From assembly GCA_028534125.1 (NCBI GenBank), contig CM052816.1, forward strand, positions 92,568,001-92,632,000: 64,000 nt of DNA. Reading direction: 5' to 3'. The stretch comes from Lama glama. Taxonomy: Eukaryota. The notes below the pieces were generated by a model. It did no database searches and was not told the DNA's origin. It saw only the letters and a list, made by a program, of their open reading frames with translations. The translations under genes were made by a program, and so were the position numbers. Positions 61,741 to 64,000 of this stretch are shown one piece after another (positions within the stretch are counted from its first letter, which is position 1; every line of letters starts with the position of its first letter).

Positions 61741-61772
61741 GTTCCTCTGATACTCGATTGGTGATGTCAAGG
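60949..61772 (-). CDS. TRIO: TRIO coding exon (human exon 48 equivalent): Gly/Ser/Pro-rich linker after the second GEF unit
   Basis: Translates (A)LTSPIEYQRNHSGGGG...SRSRPSRIPQPVRHH...SEQSVQSTQSNG, recognisable as TRIO. Acceptor tcttctag at 61773, donor GGG|gtaaga at 60948. 824 nt, phase 1 to 0. Confidence 0.97.
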
Positions 61773-63070
61773 CTAGAAGACACGTGAGATACAGAAGAGA
61801 GTCAGTCAGGGGTCCAAGAAAAGGACCGCCACAGGGGCCAAAGGAAAAGAGGCACGATTAATTGAAAGGGAGTGCTGGTCTTCGTGCCCCACAGTCAAGT
61901 CACAGGGTATCCACCTAACTTCCAATCACTATGCTCTAGACACACCCAGCCGTTCTCCAGGCGGCAGGCTGACACCATCCAAACATCAGGGGCCGAAAAA
62001 GAAAAGGTCTTATATTCTACCCTCCTGTTCATGAAGGAGTTTAAATTAGCTCCATCAAGGGCAGTCTGCCTGCCCAGTGAGGGGTGGCCAGGGGGCCTAG
62101 GGAGCAGAAGTACCAGGTGAAGGAGGAGAGGTTGGAGGAGCAGCAAGCACAGCCCTAGCACCGCTGCCAAGTGAAAAGGAGCTGAACCAGCCGGGAGCGT
62201 CCCATGCAAATCGCCAGTGTCAGCCGGGTCCCAAGCTGCTAGGGGAGTCAGCTGGGCCTCCCCGGGTACCAGCTGGCTCCTTGAGTGAAAAAGTTTAGTC
62301 CAGCTGCTGCAATGGTCTTCTTAAACCAGAGAGCAGTTAAGCAATCCTGTGGTTACCAGACAGGGAGGCAGAGACCACCTCGGCTTTGCAGACTGGGCAG
62401 GAGAGACATGGAAGGGAAGGAGAGCACAGACCACTGTGGGTCGGGAGGCTGTCCCACCTCCGGGCTTTAGTGATTCAGTTACATAATAATCTGCGGGGGG
62501 GTGGGGGGGGAATGCAAAGTAAGATCTGGGGAAACACCAACACAAATTCTGAAAGACCGAAAACCTCTGAGACGTACAACAAACCAGAGGCATCAGGCAT
62601 GTGTGGAAGAGCACTCTGGAGCCAATGACACCTGACAGACTAAGGCAAGAGCATGTTCCTGGTCTCCTTTGCCCTCGGGAGCAGGAATTACTACCGTCCT
62701 CTAGACTGAACGAGTACCTGGGAAACCTGAAGAGCATGGCTCGGTCATGCCTGCAACTCGGGAGGCAGCTCACTTTACTTTAAAGAAGACAGCAGAGGTT
62801 CAGAGACGTCCCAGTAGTTACATGCTGGGGCCCGGCATTCAGTGCAGCACTTCAGAACAACGCATTTAAAGAGACCTGCATTCACTCAGTCATGGGAACA
62901 GAACTTTTTTCTACATAAACGGGAACATCCCCACAACCCACCAGCCCCAGACATCCAATTCTAACTGGACATGTAAGCAATGACCAATCTACAGTCTAGA
63001 CAGGAGCCTGGAGTTAACACCCAAGCAACTGATTACCACTAGGCCAAAAATGCCATGTAACCTTGATTTT

Positions 63071-63188
63071 TAAAAAATTCTTTTATTTATTTTCTTAAGT
63101 TTCTTTCTTTCTTTATTTTTAGTGGAGGTACTGGGGATTGAACCTGGGACCTTGTGCATGCTAAGCACGTGTTCCATCAGCTTCCCCC
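63071..63188 (-). mobile_element. tRNA-Ala-like SINE with damaged 5' part
   Basis: tggaggtactggggattgaacctgggaccttgtgcatgctaagcacg plus T-rich tail. Flanking ttgatttt repeat. Confidence 0.8.
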
Positions 63189-63272
63189 ATTGATTTTCCA
63201 CACTGATTTTAGTGCCTGTGTTTCTGGTTCTTAAGTGTCATTCAAGGTGTGGAGGTGATTTTATGTGACAAA

Positions 63273-64000
63273 GAAATTATAAGGTCCACACAAAAACTAC
63301 TAGAACTAATCGAAGAATCCAGCAAGGGAGCAGGTCACAAGATTAACGTTCAAAAGTCAGTGGCACTTCTTTACACTAATAGTGAATCAACAGAAAAAGA
63401 AAGTCAAGAAACAATCCCCTTTAAAATAGCACCCAAAGTAATAAAATATCTAGGGATAAATCTAACCAAGGAGGTGAAAGAATTATACACGGAAAATTAT
63501 AAACCATTGATGAAGGAAATTAAAGAAGACTTAAAAAAACGGAAAGATATCCCATGTTCCTGGATTGGAAGAATCAATATTGTTAAAATGGTCACACTGC
63601 CCAAGGCAATCTACAGATTTAATGCAATCTCTATCAAATTAACCAGGACTTATTTCACAGAACTAGAACAACTCATAATAAAATTTATATGGAACCATCA
63701 AAGACCTAGAATTGCCAAAGCATTACCGAAGAAAAAGAAAGAGGCTGGAGGAATAACTCTCCCAGACTTCAGACAATACTATAGAGCTACAGTAATCAAA
63801 ACAGCATGGTATTGNNNNNNNNNNNNNNNNNNNNNNNNNNNNNNNNNNNNNNNNNNNNNNNNNNNNNNNNNNNNNNNNNNNNNNNNNNNNNNNNNNNNNN
63901 NNNNNNNNNNNNNNCAAATGGGACCTAATGAAACTTACAAGCTTCTGCACAGCAAAGGAAACCATAAGTAAAACAAAACAACAACCTATGGATTGGGAGA
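63273..64000 (+). mobile_element. Young 5'-truncated LINE-1, ORF2 fragment, inside a TRIO intron and antisense to TRIO; runs off the window end
   Basis: Open frame ...[27 protein letters not shown]...[16 protein letters not shown]...[15 protein letters not shown]...[22 protein letters not shown], typical of L1 ORF2 at and after the RT C-terminus. Confidence 0.95.
63815..63914. other. Assembly gap (100 N)
   Basis: Run of 100 n inside the L1. Confidence 1.

Noticed and set aside
61773..63270. Upstream TRIO exon (PH domain end)
   Set aside because: No matching frame with splice sites was found, so it probably lies beyond the window end.
1..64000. A novel prokaryotic or viral system, or horizontally acquired insert
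   Set aside because: There is no operon-like gene density, no intact non-host ORF and no compositional island beyond CpG islands and known repeat classes.

Overview
Mammalian genomic DNA, most likely a camelid (alpaca/llama/camel), judged from three copies of a tRNA-Ala-like SINE resembling vic-1. Two genes lie on the minus strand in the order known from human 5p15. The first is the 3' end of TRIO: ten coding exons (61772 to 46875, matching exons 48-57 in human numbering) encoding a Gly/Ser/Pro-rich linker, SH3, Ig-like and Ser/Thr kinase domains, with a 3' UTR running to about 45055. I read the splice sites by hand; all are GT-AG and phase-compatible. The second is the CpG-island promoter and first coding exon of OTULINL (FAM105A) at about 6950-7260. 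The roughly 38 kb between them is mostly L1, MIR, LTR and hAT DNA-transposon remnants, and there is a 100-N assembly gap near the end. I found no convincing previously undescribed biological system. The best leads are modest: (i) read-through of TRIO exon 48 into a UTR-like intron that also carries a CpG island and a perfect CTCF motif; (ii) a 4-copy branch-point repeat upstream of a 28-nt frame-shifting microexon; (iii) an unidentified polyadenylated retrocopy inserted into a MER5A element; (iv) a possible short L1 3' transduction. Repeat family names come from recalled consensus similarity, not a database search, and repeat boundaries are approximate.
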